Source of the DNA: a virus
Lineage: Duplodnaviria; Caudoviricetes
Length of the DNA: 64,000 nucleotides
Direction: 5' to 3' (one strand)
Virus record (IMG/VR): IMGVR_UViG_3300033120_000337
Coordinates: 8,448 to 72,447 of that record
This document shows, one piece after another, positions 1 through 9,700 of this stretch. The translations under genes were made by a program, and so were the position numbers. Position 1 is the stretch's first letter; each line of letters begins with the position of its first letter. The notes beneath the pieces are model-generated. The model was not told the DNA's origin. It saw only the letters and a program-made list of their open reading frames with translations, and searched no databases.

Positions 1-885
1 AAGGGGTTTCTGATCTCACCGAGAGAGATCGTGAATGGGTTTGCTTTCCAGTTCGAACAGAAGGAAATCAATCCGAAGAACGCTCCAGAGGGAACCAAAC
101 CTGAGGATGTGATTGACAGAGTTGTCTACGACATTCGGAAGTTCTGCTTACTGGCCGCTCAGTGCAACCCCAACATCATTGAGATCCTCTTTGTGGATGA
201 CAGTGATGTCCTCTCCATGACAGAGGCTGGGAAGCTGATTCGGGATAATCGAGAACTCTTCTTGTCGAAGAAGATCCAAGCAACCTTCGCGGGTTATGCC
301 TTCGCGCAACTCAAGAGGATTCAGAGTCACCGAAAGTGGCTCTTGGACCCTCCAAAGGAATGCCCAAAGAGAGAAGATTTTGGTCTAGGGGCCGTGAAGG
401 TCACCCCTGACATGTTGGGAGCCATGGACAAGATCTCTTCTCTGAAAGAGGGGGAAAACCAGTCCTTTGAGATCGACCCAAATGTCATGCAACTCGTACA
501 GAGGGAGAAGGAGTACCGATCTGCACGCCAACACTGGGACCAGTACCACTCCTGGAAAGAGACTCGAAACATCAAACGGGCAGGCTTGGAAGCCAAGTTT
601 GGGTACGACTCAAAGCACGCTATGCATCTGGTTCGGTTGCTTCGCATGTGCCGGGAGATTGTTGAGGGTAAGGGCGTGATTGTGAAACGCCCGGATGCCA
701 AGGAACTCCTTGCGGTCCGAGCTGGAGAATGGACCTACGATCAGTTGGTGGGGTGGGCCAAGAAGGCTGAGGAAGAGACACGAGTTTTGTCAAAGATGTC
801 CCCTCTTCCGGATGCTCCAGACATGAGAAAACTGAACGACCTCTGCATTCAGGCTCAAGAGTTGTTCTGGGCCAACGGAAGGTAG
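1..885 (+). CDS. RlaP-like predicted nucleotidyltransferase (Pol-beta superfamily), 5'-truncated by the window edge
   Basis: Frame is open from base 1. Motifs YDIRKF..LAAQCNPNIIEILF, FAGYAFAQLKR and YDSKHAMHLVRLL match the RlaP/Nuc-transf family from memory. Confidence 0.75.
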   Translation, partial: KGFLISPREIVNGFAFQFEQKEINPKNAPEGTKPEDVIDRVVYDIRKFCLLAAQCNPNIIEILFVDDSDVLSMTEAGKLIRDNRELFLSKKIQATFAGYAFAQLKRIQSHRKWLLDPPKECPKREDFGLGAVKVTPDMLGAMDKISSLKEGENQSFEIDPNVMQLVQREKEYRSARQHWDQYHSWKETRNIKRAGLEAKFGYDSKHAMHLVRLLRMCREIVEGKGVIVKRPDAKELLAVRAGEWTYDQLVGWAKKAEEETRVLSKMSPLPDAPDMRKLNDLCIQAQELFWANGR

Positions 886-887
886 AC

Positions 888-1211
888 ATGAAAGCACACC
901 TCTACAGCCAGTCCTTCAGCCATGGTGATGCGTACATTGTGGCGGATGCAGAAGGATTGAATGCACTCAAGGATGCTTGTGACAAAGCTCTAGCGAGAGG
1001 GTCCGCAGCTTTTGAATCTTCATCAAGAGATGGTGAGGGGTTTGCTTTGTTCGTCTTGCATGTAGAATCCAAAGACCCAAAGTGGGATCAGCTCCTCCTC
1101 CCCTACATTGATGGAGAACCTGTGTTCCCAAATGGGACACCACCATTTTCAGTTCTTGGAGCCCAAAGGTACCGTGAACTGCATGCCAAAATCAAAGAGG
1201 TGAACCCTTGA
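888..1211 (+). CDS. hypothetical protein
   Basis: 107 aa ORF tightly packed after the upstream stop. Confidence 0.6.
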   Translation: MKAHLYSQSFSHGDAYIVADAEGLNALKDACDKALARGSAAFESSSRDGEGFALFVLHVESKDPKWDQLLLPYIDGEPVFPNGTPPFSVLGAQRYRELHAKIKEVNP

Positions 1212-1567
1212 ACATCTCAGACCTTGAGAAAAGGATTCGGTACATCCGGGAGTCCTACAGACTTTCCGGAGCGCCAATGTTCTTGGGCATCCCCCGCTCA
1301 TGGATAGACGGGGGTCTATTCCGATGTTCCCAAGGGCATGTCTCAAACAGAACGAACAGAGTAATTGAGGCTGGTGACTACTGCGTCACTTGCCACGGTA
1401 AGGTGATGAGAACATTTCCTGAGGATGTATCAGGACCTCTCATTGTCTGGAAAGAACACCCACCAGAAGCTGGTGGGCGATCTCACGAGTACCTACTACC
1501 TCAACAAGGTGGATCCTGTGTTGTGTGTGGCAATGGCCCTGAACATGGCTCCCACTTTGATTTGTGA
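1208..1567 (+). CDS. hypothetical protein with CxxC/CxxH zinc-binding motifs
   Basis: CSQGH, CVTCH and CVVCGNGPEHGSH; 4-nt overlap with the upstream ORF. Confidence 0.5.
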   Translation: MNISDLEKRIRYIRESYRLSGAPMFLGIPRSWIDGGLFRCSQGHVSNRTNRVIEAGDYCVTCHGKVMRTFPEDVSGPLIVWKEHPPEAGGRSHEYLLPQQGGSCVVCGNGPEHGSHFDL

Positions 1568-1854
1568 CTCTGGTGAACATGGACCTACCCAAGATTTACC
1601 TCCGCCAAAACCCACTGGACATAAATCAAATACAGATTTGTTGGGACGAGGGTGACTGGGTTGAAGAGTCTTCTGTCAACAGGCTCTACCCACACCTAGC
1701 TCCTGTTCTCGAAACATACCTGCACCAGCAAGCCACAACTCAACTCTTGGTTGCAGTGGAGACGAGCATTCGTGATGTCTTGGCCAAACTCACCGAACAA
1801 CAGATCCTTTTCTGTAACACATCCCACCAGTGGGATGTCGTAACAATCCACTGA
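1564..1854 (+). CDS. hypothetical protein
   Basis: 96 aa ORF overlapping the previous stop (GTGA). Confidence 0.5.
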   Translation: MTLVNMDLPKIYLRQNPLDINQIQICWDEGDWVEESSVNRLYPHLAPVLETYLHQQATTQLLVAVETSIRDVLAKLTEQQILFCNTSHQWDVVTIH

Positions 1855-1870
1855 CCCACAGGAGAATAGC

Positions 1871-2215
1871 ATGGAAGATCTCAAGACGGAAGACCTCAAG
1901 ACAGCCTCAACCATCACTGAGAGGATTTATGGTTGGGGCTTTGGTGAAGCTTTGAAGGCTCTGAAGGCCGGAAAGAGAGTGGCAAGAGAAGGCTGGCATG
2001 GCAAGAACATGTGGCTCGTGCTGATCCATCCTGGAAACGCCACACACACGTGCAAGGAAACACGAATCTCATTTGACATGCAGCCATGTATTGGACTCGC
2101 GAAGTGGCCTAACATCCAACCAGGATGGACGTGCTCACAGGCTGACATGCTTGCAGAAGATTGGTACCTGGTGACCAAGAGCCTGGTGACCAAGAGTGAA
2201 AGCGAGGCTGGTTGA
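1871..2215 (+). CDS. DUF2829 / Tad2-like (Thoeris anti-defence 2-like) protein
   Basis: FGEALKALKAGKRVAREGWHGKNMWL...W..SQADMLAEDW closely follows the SPO1 Tad2 pattern; SD GGAG upstream. Confidence 0.75.
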   Translation: MEDLKTEDLKTASTITERIYGWGFGEALKALKAGKRVAREGWHGKNMWLVLIHPGNATHTCKETRISFDMQPCIGLAKWPNIQPGWTCSQADMLAEDWYLVTKSLVTKSESEAG

Positions 2216-2570
2216 TATGAGCAATGGAAACTACTACACACGTAGAAAAGCTGAGGAAGACCTTGCATATGCCATCCGAGGCCAGACCTCTGGTGAGTTC
2301 AAGGCTTGGTTGGATGAAAGACCAAAGTCGGTCAGGGACCTCTGCAAGAAGTACCCTGGATATCAGTTCTACAGAATCAAGAAAGATGCTCCCTACAGTG
2401 TCACAGTTCCAGGATGTGTGGTGTCAATCCAGTCCTACACGGAAGACAACACTGTTCGTATTCGAGTCTTGAAAGGACTAGATGGAAAGATGGGTCCCGC
2501 AGATGCTTTTGTGGATCCACAATGGCTAGAACCCATCACACTCGATGTGGCTTTCCCAGAACCCAACTGA
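2196..2570 (+). CDS. hypothetical protein
   Basis: ORF in the same + strand run; true start probably at the downstream ATG. Confidence 0.55.
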   Translation: MKARLVDMSNGNYYTRRKAEEDLAYAIRGQTSGEFKAWLDERPKSVRDLCKKYPGYQFYRIKKDAPYSVTVPGCVVSIQSYTEDNTVRIRVLKGLDGKMGPADAFVDPQWLEPITLDVAFPEPN

Positions 2571-2573
2571 GCA

Positions 2574-2837
2574 GTGATGACACTCGAAGAACTTGAAGCT
2601 GCAATGCTCAAGCATCGCATGGTGATTGAGGTAGACGGCTACATGGATAAGCCTGACATGTATTTTCGGGCGAAGTCATGTGGTGATGGGGTGTACAAAA
2701 ACACCTGGTCTGAAACGGGACGCTTCGCAGAAGATCCAACACTGATTGGTGCTGTTAGTAACTTGCTCGTGCAAGAACAGAGTGCAGAGGAAGACTTGCT
2801 CACGAAGGGTTTGAAGGAAGAGGTGGAGGTTCAATGA
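2574..2837 (+). CDS. hypothetical protein
   Basis: 87 aa ORF, operon-like packing. Confidence 0.55.
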   Translation: MMTLEELEAAMLKHRMVIEVDGYMDKPDMYFRAKSCGDGVYKNTWSETGRFAEDPTLIGAVSNLLVQEQSAEEDLLTKGLKEEVEVQ

Positions 2838-2884
2838 AAGTTCAGCCACATTTTCTCTATACAGAGAGATGTTAAGGAGAACCA

Positions 2885-3517
2885 ATGGCAAACCTTCGAT
2901 CGTCACTCATCCGTCTAGCTCATACCAACCCTGAAATCCGACCAGAGATCCTGTCTCTCTTGAAGGAAGCTTCGGATGATTCTGCTGGCGCTGCCAAGAA
3001 GTTCGTCCAAGGTCTTCAAAAGAGCCTGGCTAAGAGCATGAAAACCCCAGAGTCCAAGCTCAAGGTTGTGGATAAGAAGGGTGTCTCGGTTCTCTCAGGG
3101 TCATTCGAGGGGAAGAAGTTCTCAGTCCTTGTAGACCCAGAAGGTAGCTCACTCAACTTTGCAGGCACCGTTGACGGTATGCTTGTGCTGAGCGGACATG
3201 CTCCCTTCGATTCCTTTGAGAAGAACATTGCGGAAGTCGTCAGCGAGGTAATCAAGTCGATTGGGAAGGATAGGTCTTCCGAAATCGGGAAGGCCGGTGC
3301 AAAAGCTCCCGCAAAGTTGACGGGGAAGAAGCTGGATGCTGCTATCTCCAAGGCCTACTACAAGCACTTCAATGGTGTTCAGATCAACATCATGGACACT
3401 GTCAAGATTTCCAGGTTGGGTCGTGCGGCGTACGAGGGTGGGGCTACTCCAGAAGAGGCAGAGAAAGCCCTTGACGAAGCTATGAAGGATGCGGTTCCGA
3501 AGTTCCGCCAAAACTGA
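2885..3517 (+). CDS. hypothetical protein carrying the shared LRSxLIRLAHTxP leader (candidate virion-internal protein)
   Basis: SD AAGGAG. N-terminus MANLRSSLIRLAHTNPEIRPEILSLLKEA is shared with ORFs at 13876 and 21809. Confidence 0.75.
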   Translation: MANLRSSLIRLAHTNPEIRPEILSLLKEASDDSAGAAKKFVQGLQKSLAKSMKTPESKLKVVDKKGVSVLSGSFEGKKFSVLVDPEGSSLNFAGTVDGMLVLSGHAPFDSFEKNIAEVVSEVIKSIGKDRSSEIGKAGAKAPAKLTGKKLDAAISKAYYKHFNGVQINIMDTVKISRLGRAAYEGGATPEEAEKALDEAMKDAVPKFRQN

Positions 3518-3538
3518 TACTGGTGGGTAGAGTCTGGG

Positions 3539-4027
3539 GTGAGAGTATGCCCAGACTGTGGTGTCAGCTACCCCGAGCCTAAAATCTTGGAGAAGAATTC
3601 GCCTTTTGTATGCACTCTGTGCCTGCGAAAGGCGATTCCGCGTCCCTCTAATGGTTGGCCCATTGAGGCACGTTGGCTGAGCAACGCCAAGGGTCGGGGA
3701 GTATTCGCCTCGCGGGAAATCACTAAGGGAGAGACAATCGAACGATGCTGGGTCATGCCATTGTCGATCGAAGAGTCCAAAGCCACACTCACACTCCCAA
3801 CAATCAACAGGTACCTTTTCCCTTGGATCGATGGCACTCGTGCCATCATCTCTGGTGAGGGTCTGCTCTACAATCTGGACTCAATGGAAGCCACTCGGAA
3901 ACAACCTAATGTCGAGTGTGTTCTCAGAATTGGTTTGGCAGCAGTTGAGTTCCGTGCTTTGAGAATTATCCGAGAGGGTGAGGAACTGACCTGGGACTAC
4001 AAGAATGCAAGGGCACGTCGTTCTTGA
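3539..4027 (+). CDS. SET-domain protein (putative lysine methyltransferase) with N-terminal CxxC-CxxC
   Basis: GRGVFASREITKGETIE and FRALRIIREGEELTWDY SET motifs; the usual NH motif reads NL here. Confidence 0.8.
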   Translation: MRVCPDCGVSYPEPKILEKNSPFVCTLCLRKAIPRPSNGWPIEARWLSNAKGRGVFASREITKGETIERCWVMPLSIEESKATLTLPTINRYLFPWIDGTRAIISGEGLLYNLDSMEATRKQPNVECVLRIGLAAVEFRALRIIREGEELTWDYKNARARRS

Positions 4028-4042
4028 GTCTATTGAGGGGGA

Positions 4043-4516
4043 ATGGTGATGTCTCCTACTTCCCAATCTAGCCGAGCTTTGCTCACACAGTTGTTGTCTC
4101 TACTCCGGGCTGTGCACTGGTCTCACTGGACAACTCACTGGCAGGTTCGAGGCCAAACAGCGTATGGGGACCACCTCCTGTTTGAGCGTCTCTACACAGG
4201 CATCACAGTAGAGATTGACTCTCTTGCGGAGAAGCTTGTCTCTTACTTTGGTGCTGATGCTGTTGCCAATCCACCTAGCATTGCCTTTGTGCAGGAATTC
4301 CTTGACACCTACGAGAGTGTCTCGGACCCCTACAAAAAGGCTCTCATGATTGAGCACCATCTCCAGAACGCTCTCCGAAAAGTCTACCAGACCATCAAGG
4401 ATTCGGATGAGATGAGTCTGGGCCTTGACGATTTCCTGATGGCAACGGCCAATGCCCATGAGACCAACATCTACTTGCTCCAGCAAAACCTGAGAAGTGT
4501 GTCGAAGACTCTCTAG
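4043..4516 (+). CDS. ferritin/Dps-like protein (DUF5856-like)
   Basis: HWSHWTTHWQVRG..YGDHLLFERLY....EIDSLAEK four-helix ferroxidase-type pattern. Confidence 0.75.
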   Translation: MVMSPTSQSSRALLTQLLSLLRAVHWSHWTTHWQVRGQTAYGDHLLFERLYTGITVEIDSLAEKLVSYFGADAVANPPSIAFVQEFLDTYESVSDPYKKALMIEHHLQNALRKVYQTIKDSDEMSLGLDDFLMATANAHETNIYLLQQNLRSVSKTL

Positions 4517-4519
4517 GCT

Positions 4520-5140
4520 TCAGCCCACTCCAGACAACTTCGCCACAGTGGCAGCTACAATTTCAGGTAGGACTTCCCCATAGGCTTCAGGAAGTTGGAA
4601 GCTTCCCATCTGAGTCTTCTTCTGCTCGTCCAGGTGAGTTGAGAACTTCCCCATGACTTCGTGGAGGAAGTTCCAGACATCTGGCTGACCTTCGGTCATG
4701 GGGTTCTTCTTCTGATCAGAAGCCAACCTACGTGCTCTCAACACAAGAGCATGCATCTCGGGTGGCTTCAAAGAAGCCCACAGAATCGCCTTTGTACCTA
4801 GGGGGGACAAGAGATTCGTGGTTGTGTCCAGATGGTTCTTCAGAAGACGCTTGAAAACGTCTGTGCGAGGCACAGTCTTTCCCTGGTAGATCTCTGGAAA
4901 CATAGGAGTCCAGAGACCTTCATCGTACGATGAGACCAGGAAATTCATTCCATGCAGGAGCCAGAACTCGTATCCTGTCCCAGTCCCTATTTCGGGTGAC
5001 GCAGCGAACTTTGAGAACGCTGTGACCCTCTTCACCTTGAACTTGACAGCTTCCTGGGCACGTACAAGTTGTCTGTCCTTTGCTTTCTCTTTCGACTTTT
5101 TTGCTCTTGTGTTCCCCTTCTTCTCTCGATTTTTGGTCAT
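4520..5140 (-). CDS. hypothetical protein with basic N-terminus
   Basis: 206 aa ORF divergent from the chaperonin gene. Confidence 0.6.
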   Translation of the reverse strand: MTKNREKKGNTRAKKSKEKAKDRQLVRAQEAVKFKVKRVTAFSKFAASPEIGTGTGYEFWLLHGMNFLVSSYDEGLWTPMFPEIYQGKTVPRTDVFKRLLKNHLDTTTNLLSPLGTKAILWASLKPPEMHALVLRARRLASDQKKNPMTEGQPDVWNFLHEVMGKFSTHLDEQKKTQMGSFQLPEAYGEVLPEIVAATVAKLSGVG

Positions 5141-5174
5141 GGTGTATCTTACCCTAGTGTAGAGTCAGCAGGTT

Positions 5175-6740
5175 GTGCTCACAATAGATCGAAGAGAAGT
5201 CTGGACTCAACTCGCAAGCGGGGTGCACGAAGTTGCACGGGTCGTGGAGAAAACCTATGGCCCTCAGGGAGGGAAGGTTGCGGTTTGGAAGAACGATGCT
5301 GTTCTGATCACAACAGACGGTGCAGCTCTGACAAGGGAGGCTCAGCTAGGTGGGCAGAAAAGAATCGGGGCGAAGCTGGTGAGGGCAGCTGCAATCCAGA
5401 CTGAAAAGGAAGTTGGAGATGGGACCTCAACAACGGTACTTCTGACGAGTGCTCTTGTTCGTGAGGTTGGGAAACTGTCGGTTGTTCCAGATTGGAACCC
5501 TGTTCAGGTTGTTCGTGAATTACAAGAGTCCTTTCTCGTTGCTGAAAAGTGGATTCGCAGCAAGTCGATACCCACGGACAATGAGAGCCTGCACAGGATC
5601 GCATCCATGGCAAGTCATGAAGACCCTCTCATAGCGACAAAGGTTGTTGAGGCTGTCTTGTCTGTGGGTGATGAAGGCTCTGTTGTGATCTCTCCCTATG
5701 AGGGGGTTGATATCGTACTGGAGCAAAAAGAAGGACTTCTCTTGAATCAGGGTTGGTCCTCTTTTGCTATGGCTCCATCTGAAGGCACTGAGCGCGAGAT
5801 GGATGGGCCCCTCGTGGCGGTGTTCCGAAAGGGAGTTCGAAAAATCTCTGAGATATCCCCTGCAATGGAGCAAGCTAGTCAATGGCCTGGACGTGGTCTT
5901 GTGGTGTTTGCCCCGTCAGTATCTGGGGAAGCACTACGGACTCTCATCCTCAATGACAAAAAGGGAGTCTTGTCCAGTGTTGCTGTTGAGTACGCGGGGT
6001 ATCCAGCGGACCTTCAAGACTGGTTGGAGGACATTGTTGCAGTCACGAATGCAACACTTGTAGATCGTGAAGCGGGCTTGGCCCCAGAAGACTTTGAGTC
6101 TTCCTGGCTTGGTTACGCTCGGAAGATCTCAGTGTCTCGCAGCAAAACACTTCTCATCTCCTACATGGACGAGGACATCCTAACCAACATTGATAGGAGA
6201 GTTCACATCCTCAAAGACCGTGCTGAGAAGTGTCCGTACCCCTATGACCAAGACCGACTCTTAGAACGGGCAGCATCCTTGGATGGAGGCCTGGCTACTT
6301 TGAGGGTGGGCGGAAACACAAAACAAGAGGGTCAGGACAGAAGGTCTCGAACTGAGGATGCACTTCGTGCAGTTCAGACTGCACTTCGAGGTGGGGTTGT
6401 TCCAGGAGCTGGACGTACGTATTTTGGAGCCTCGCAAGAACTCCCCCCCACGGTAGGTGGAGGTATTTTGAAGTCTGCTCTCCAGTCTATTCTTGGAGTT
6501 CTAGTCACCAGATCTGGACTTGAGTCCTCTGTGGTTCTTGCACAGGGGTCTGAATACCATCGGATGGATCTCGAAGGTTGGTGGGGTTATGACCCTGTAT
6601 CTAGGTCTTGGAGAGACTTTAGAGAAGGTTCTCGGATTGTGGACCCTACTGAAGTAGCTGTAAGTGCCCTTCGAAATGCAGTGTCAGTAGCTTGTCAGAT
6701 TGCTTTGTGTGGTGGTGTTGTTGAGTCTAAAAAACGGTAG
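5175..6740 (+). CDS. groEL: GroEL-like chaperonin (phage-encoded)
   Basis: TYGPQG, TTDGAAL, GDGTSTTVLL, GGVVPGAG and IVDPTEVAVSALRNAVSVA motifs. Confidence 0.9.
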   Translation: MLTIDRREVWTQLASGVHEVARVVEKTYGPQGGKVAVWKNDAVLITTDGAALTREAQLGGQKRIGAKLVRAAAIQTEKEVGDGTSTTVLLTSALVREVGKLSVVPDWNPVQVVRELQESFLVAEKWIRSKSIPTDNESLHRIASMASHEDPLIATKVVEAVLSVGDEGSVVISPYEGVDIVLEQKEGLLLNQGWSSFAMAPSEGTEREMDGPLVAVFRKGVRKISEISPAMEQASQWPGRGLVVFAPSVSGEALRTLILNDKKGVLSSVAVEYAGYPADLQDWLEDIVAVTNATLVDREAGLAPEDFESSWLGYARKISVSRSKTLLISYMDEDILTNIDRRVHILKDRAEKCPYPYDQDRLLERAASLDGGLATLRVGGNTKQEGQDRRSRTEDALRAVQTALRGGVVPGAGRTYFGASQELPPTVGGGILKSALQSILGVLVTRSGLESSVVLAQGSEYHRMDLEGWWGYDPVSRSWRDFREGSRIVDPTEVAVSALRNAVSVACQIALCGGVVESKKR

Positions 6741-6765
6741 GTTTGCTATCGTCCACCAGGTTTGA

Positions 6766-9700
6766 ATGCCAGGTAAACCTGCTAGACCCATCTTCTCTGC
6801 CATTGGTGCAACCCAAGCTAGTGCACGAGAACAGATTCTTGCCCTAGGTCCAAATGTCTACCCAGGACTTTCCCCTAGCATTGGGGATGTTCTTGTATGG
6901 AATGGGACTGCTTGGGTTCCTACTTCAGGGATAGCACCTAGTCAGGGTTTGAGTGGTGGCATCATCTTCCGCCCTGGTGGTACTCCTTCAAATGGAGTTG
7001 TGACAACAGAGACTGCTCTTCAAAATGCAGTCTCTGCTTTCGCGGGCCCCACAACTGTGTTGTTTGATGATTCGGTTTCAAGCCCCATTCATCTCACCCA
7101 ACCATGGTCTGTGTCATATGGGATGCGCTGGGTCGGGAAACACGTTGGCTCCACTACCAACCTGATTCTCGATGATGGTTTCGTGCTGACAGGTCCTGGA
7201 GGCCTACTTGGAATCTCCTACATAGGAGACGGTCTTAGTGTAAGGGCTCAGGGGGTTTCAGGTCCAGCACCTCTTTCCTTGAACTCAGCTGTAGATGTGC
7301 TGGAAGTAGATTGGCAGTCACGCATCTTCTCAGCGGGGGTATCTCCACTCATCCAGATTGAGAGTGGGAACAGACTGGTCCTCCTCCTACGTGGAAGAGT
7401 GGGAGATGGTACAAATCCAGTTGTCTCGTTCGAATCTGCTTCTCAGATGACTTGTTTTGTAGATCAGTTCGGACAAGTCGAGTCCTCATCTCTGTTGGGA
7501 GGATTCGTAAATGCTTCTGTGGATTTTGGGATCATCACCACTGTTTTGGGTGGGGTGTCAACTTCAAATCCTGATTTTTCAGGAACCACAACAACCACGC
7601 TCTTAGCTGATTCGACATATCAAGCGTACAACGATCTCCTCGTAAACCCTCCCCTGAGCGCCTCAAATGTTCAGACTGCTATTGATGCAATCAAAGGGTT
7701 CCTAATCACAGGTGGTGGCAGCAATGCTATTTGGAGAGGTGCTGGCGCGCCCATTGCTCCTGGAGTTTACAACACGTGGGCAAGCCTGTATGCCTGGATT
7801 CAAGCTGCTCCAGGATCCAAGAGAGTCTACTTGGACTCAACCTTTGGTCCTTTGGAAGTTGACTCCGGACTGTGGGTATTCACAGGACCTGTTGAATTTG
7901 TGGGTTCTCCTACAGGTCTAAGGACAGAGATTGTTCTCAACGAGTCCAGCTTTCGGAACGCTTTTAGGTGGAGCCGAATCAAGTTCATCCAGTTGAACAC
8001 TGTTGGAGTTCCTTTCGGAACTTCTAGCGACACGATTGAGTTTGATGACTGTGAAGTCGATTTGAGTGGCGGAGGCCAACCTTTCATTCGAACTCTCACA
8101 GCTACGATGGATGTGACCTTCAACCACATGGCGGTCTACCCAACAACCCAACTGATGTTCGACATGCAGCCCTCGGCTCCTGCATGTACGATTCGCCTGC
8201 TCAATGGCTCTTCAGTAGATCTGAATAGCTTCTCTTCAGCTATTGGGACGACACTCACGGTTGTCCAGGATACGACAAGCACCTATCTGACCCAGTTCTT
8301 TGTGTTTGGGACTCTCATCCGACAACTAGCAAATCCCCCTTACATCGCTGGAGATCCATCTGATTGGACTGGGTCAGCACCAGATTCAGTGTTCGAGGCT
8401 CTTGACAGACTAGCTGTAGAGGGTGGTGGTTCGGCTAGTGCTTTCTACAATGACGGAGACGTTGAACCAAGCTTTGAGATCTTGTCCAGGTCTTCAGTCC
8501 CTGTAGATACAAACCAGCTCGCTCTGGATGCTGTCAAAACGATCTTGCTTCCTCAGGGTCCTTCTGAGATCTACGTGAGTGCTATCAATGGTTCAGACTC
8601 GAATGATGGACTCACCCCGAGCACGCCTCTCGCTACTTTGATTGAAGCCGAAGGGCGTCTCCCTGACACGATTACACGAACAACAACCATCCATGTTGGG
8701 CGTGCGGACCTTGTAAACTCGGCGACCTACACCCCACCCACATTCAGACCTAGAAGGCTTCTGGCATCTCTAGTTATCTCTGGTGATGGAGCTTCACAAC
8801 CAGGATCTGCTGGAGACAGGTTCGTAACTATCATCCCATCGTCTGTTGCGGGAGTGGGGACAAATGAATTCCAGGTTGTCACATCTGGACTCACACCCAA
8901 CTCCTTGAAGGGTCGTACGATTCGCATACTAACTGGGGCTGGGCAGCATACGCACCGTACCATCTCTTCAAACACGGCAACGACGATCGTTCCTTTGAGG
9001 AAGTTTGAAGGAACTCCTGTTCCAGGAGATTCCTTTGAGGTTGTTGGCTCTGCAATTAGGCTTGGTATCCCTGATGTGGCCAACTCAGGAGAATTCACTC
9101 TTGTGAGTGGAAATGGATCCCCTGAAACAACACCATCTACCAGAGGAGAAACACCTCGTTTCGTCATGGTGAACTTCCGACCTGTTCCTCTTAGCCCTGT
9201 TGGTGCTGTCGGGTTCTCTGTGCGAAACAGCAATGTAGTTCTACTTGGTTGGGATCAGGAGAGTACAACAACCATCCAGATCCGAAATGAGGGGTCCTCT
9301 ATTCTCTTTGGGCTGAATGGTGTGGATGCCACAAGACCTATTGGTTACTACATCCCAACTCCCACCTTTTGGTCAGGTGGATACACAGCTCTTCTTGGTT
9401 GGGGAGCTGCTTTTTGTGGTGCTGATGCTTCCTCGGCTCTTCAGACTTTCAATGGTGGTGTTGTAGATGGATACTTGATTTCAGATCGAGGTATCAGTTT
9501 CCGTGAAAACGTCACGTACAACATTCGAGGTGGTCGGTTCATAACTCAGAATGCCGCTGTTCCTTGTACGATCTCTAATCTGGCTCGTGGTTTCATAATC
9601 TCAGAGGCCTCGTTGCCAACCTCATTTGAGAGTGCAACTACAGCTCTCTGTGGACTACGTGTCCTTGACAATGCCAAAGCTGGAGTTGCTTTTGTGAGCT

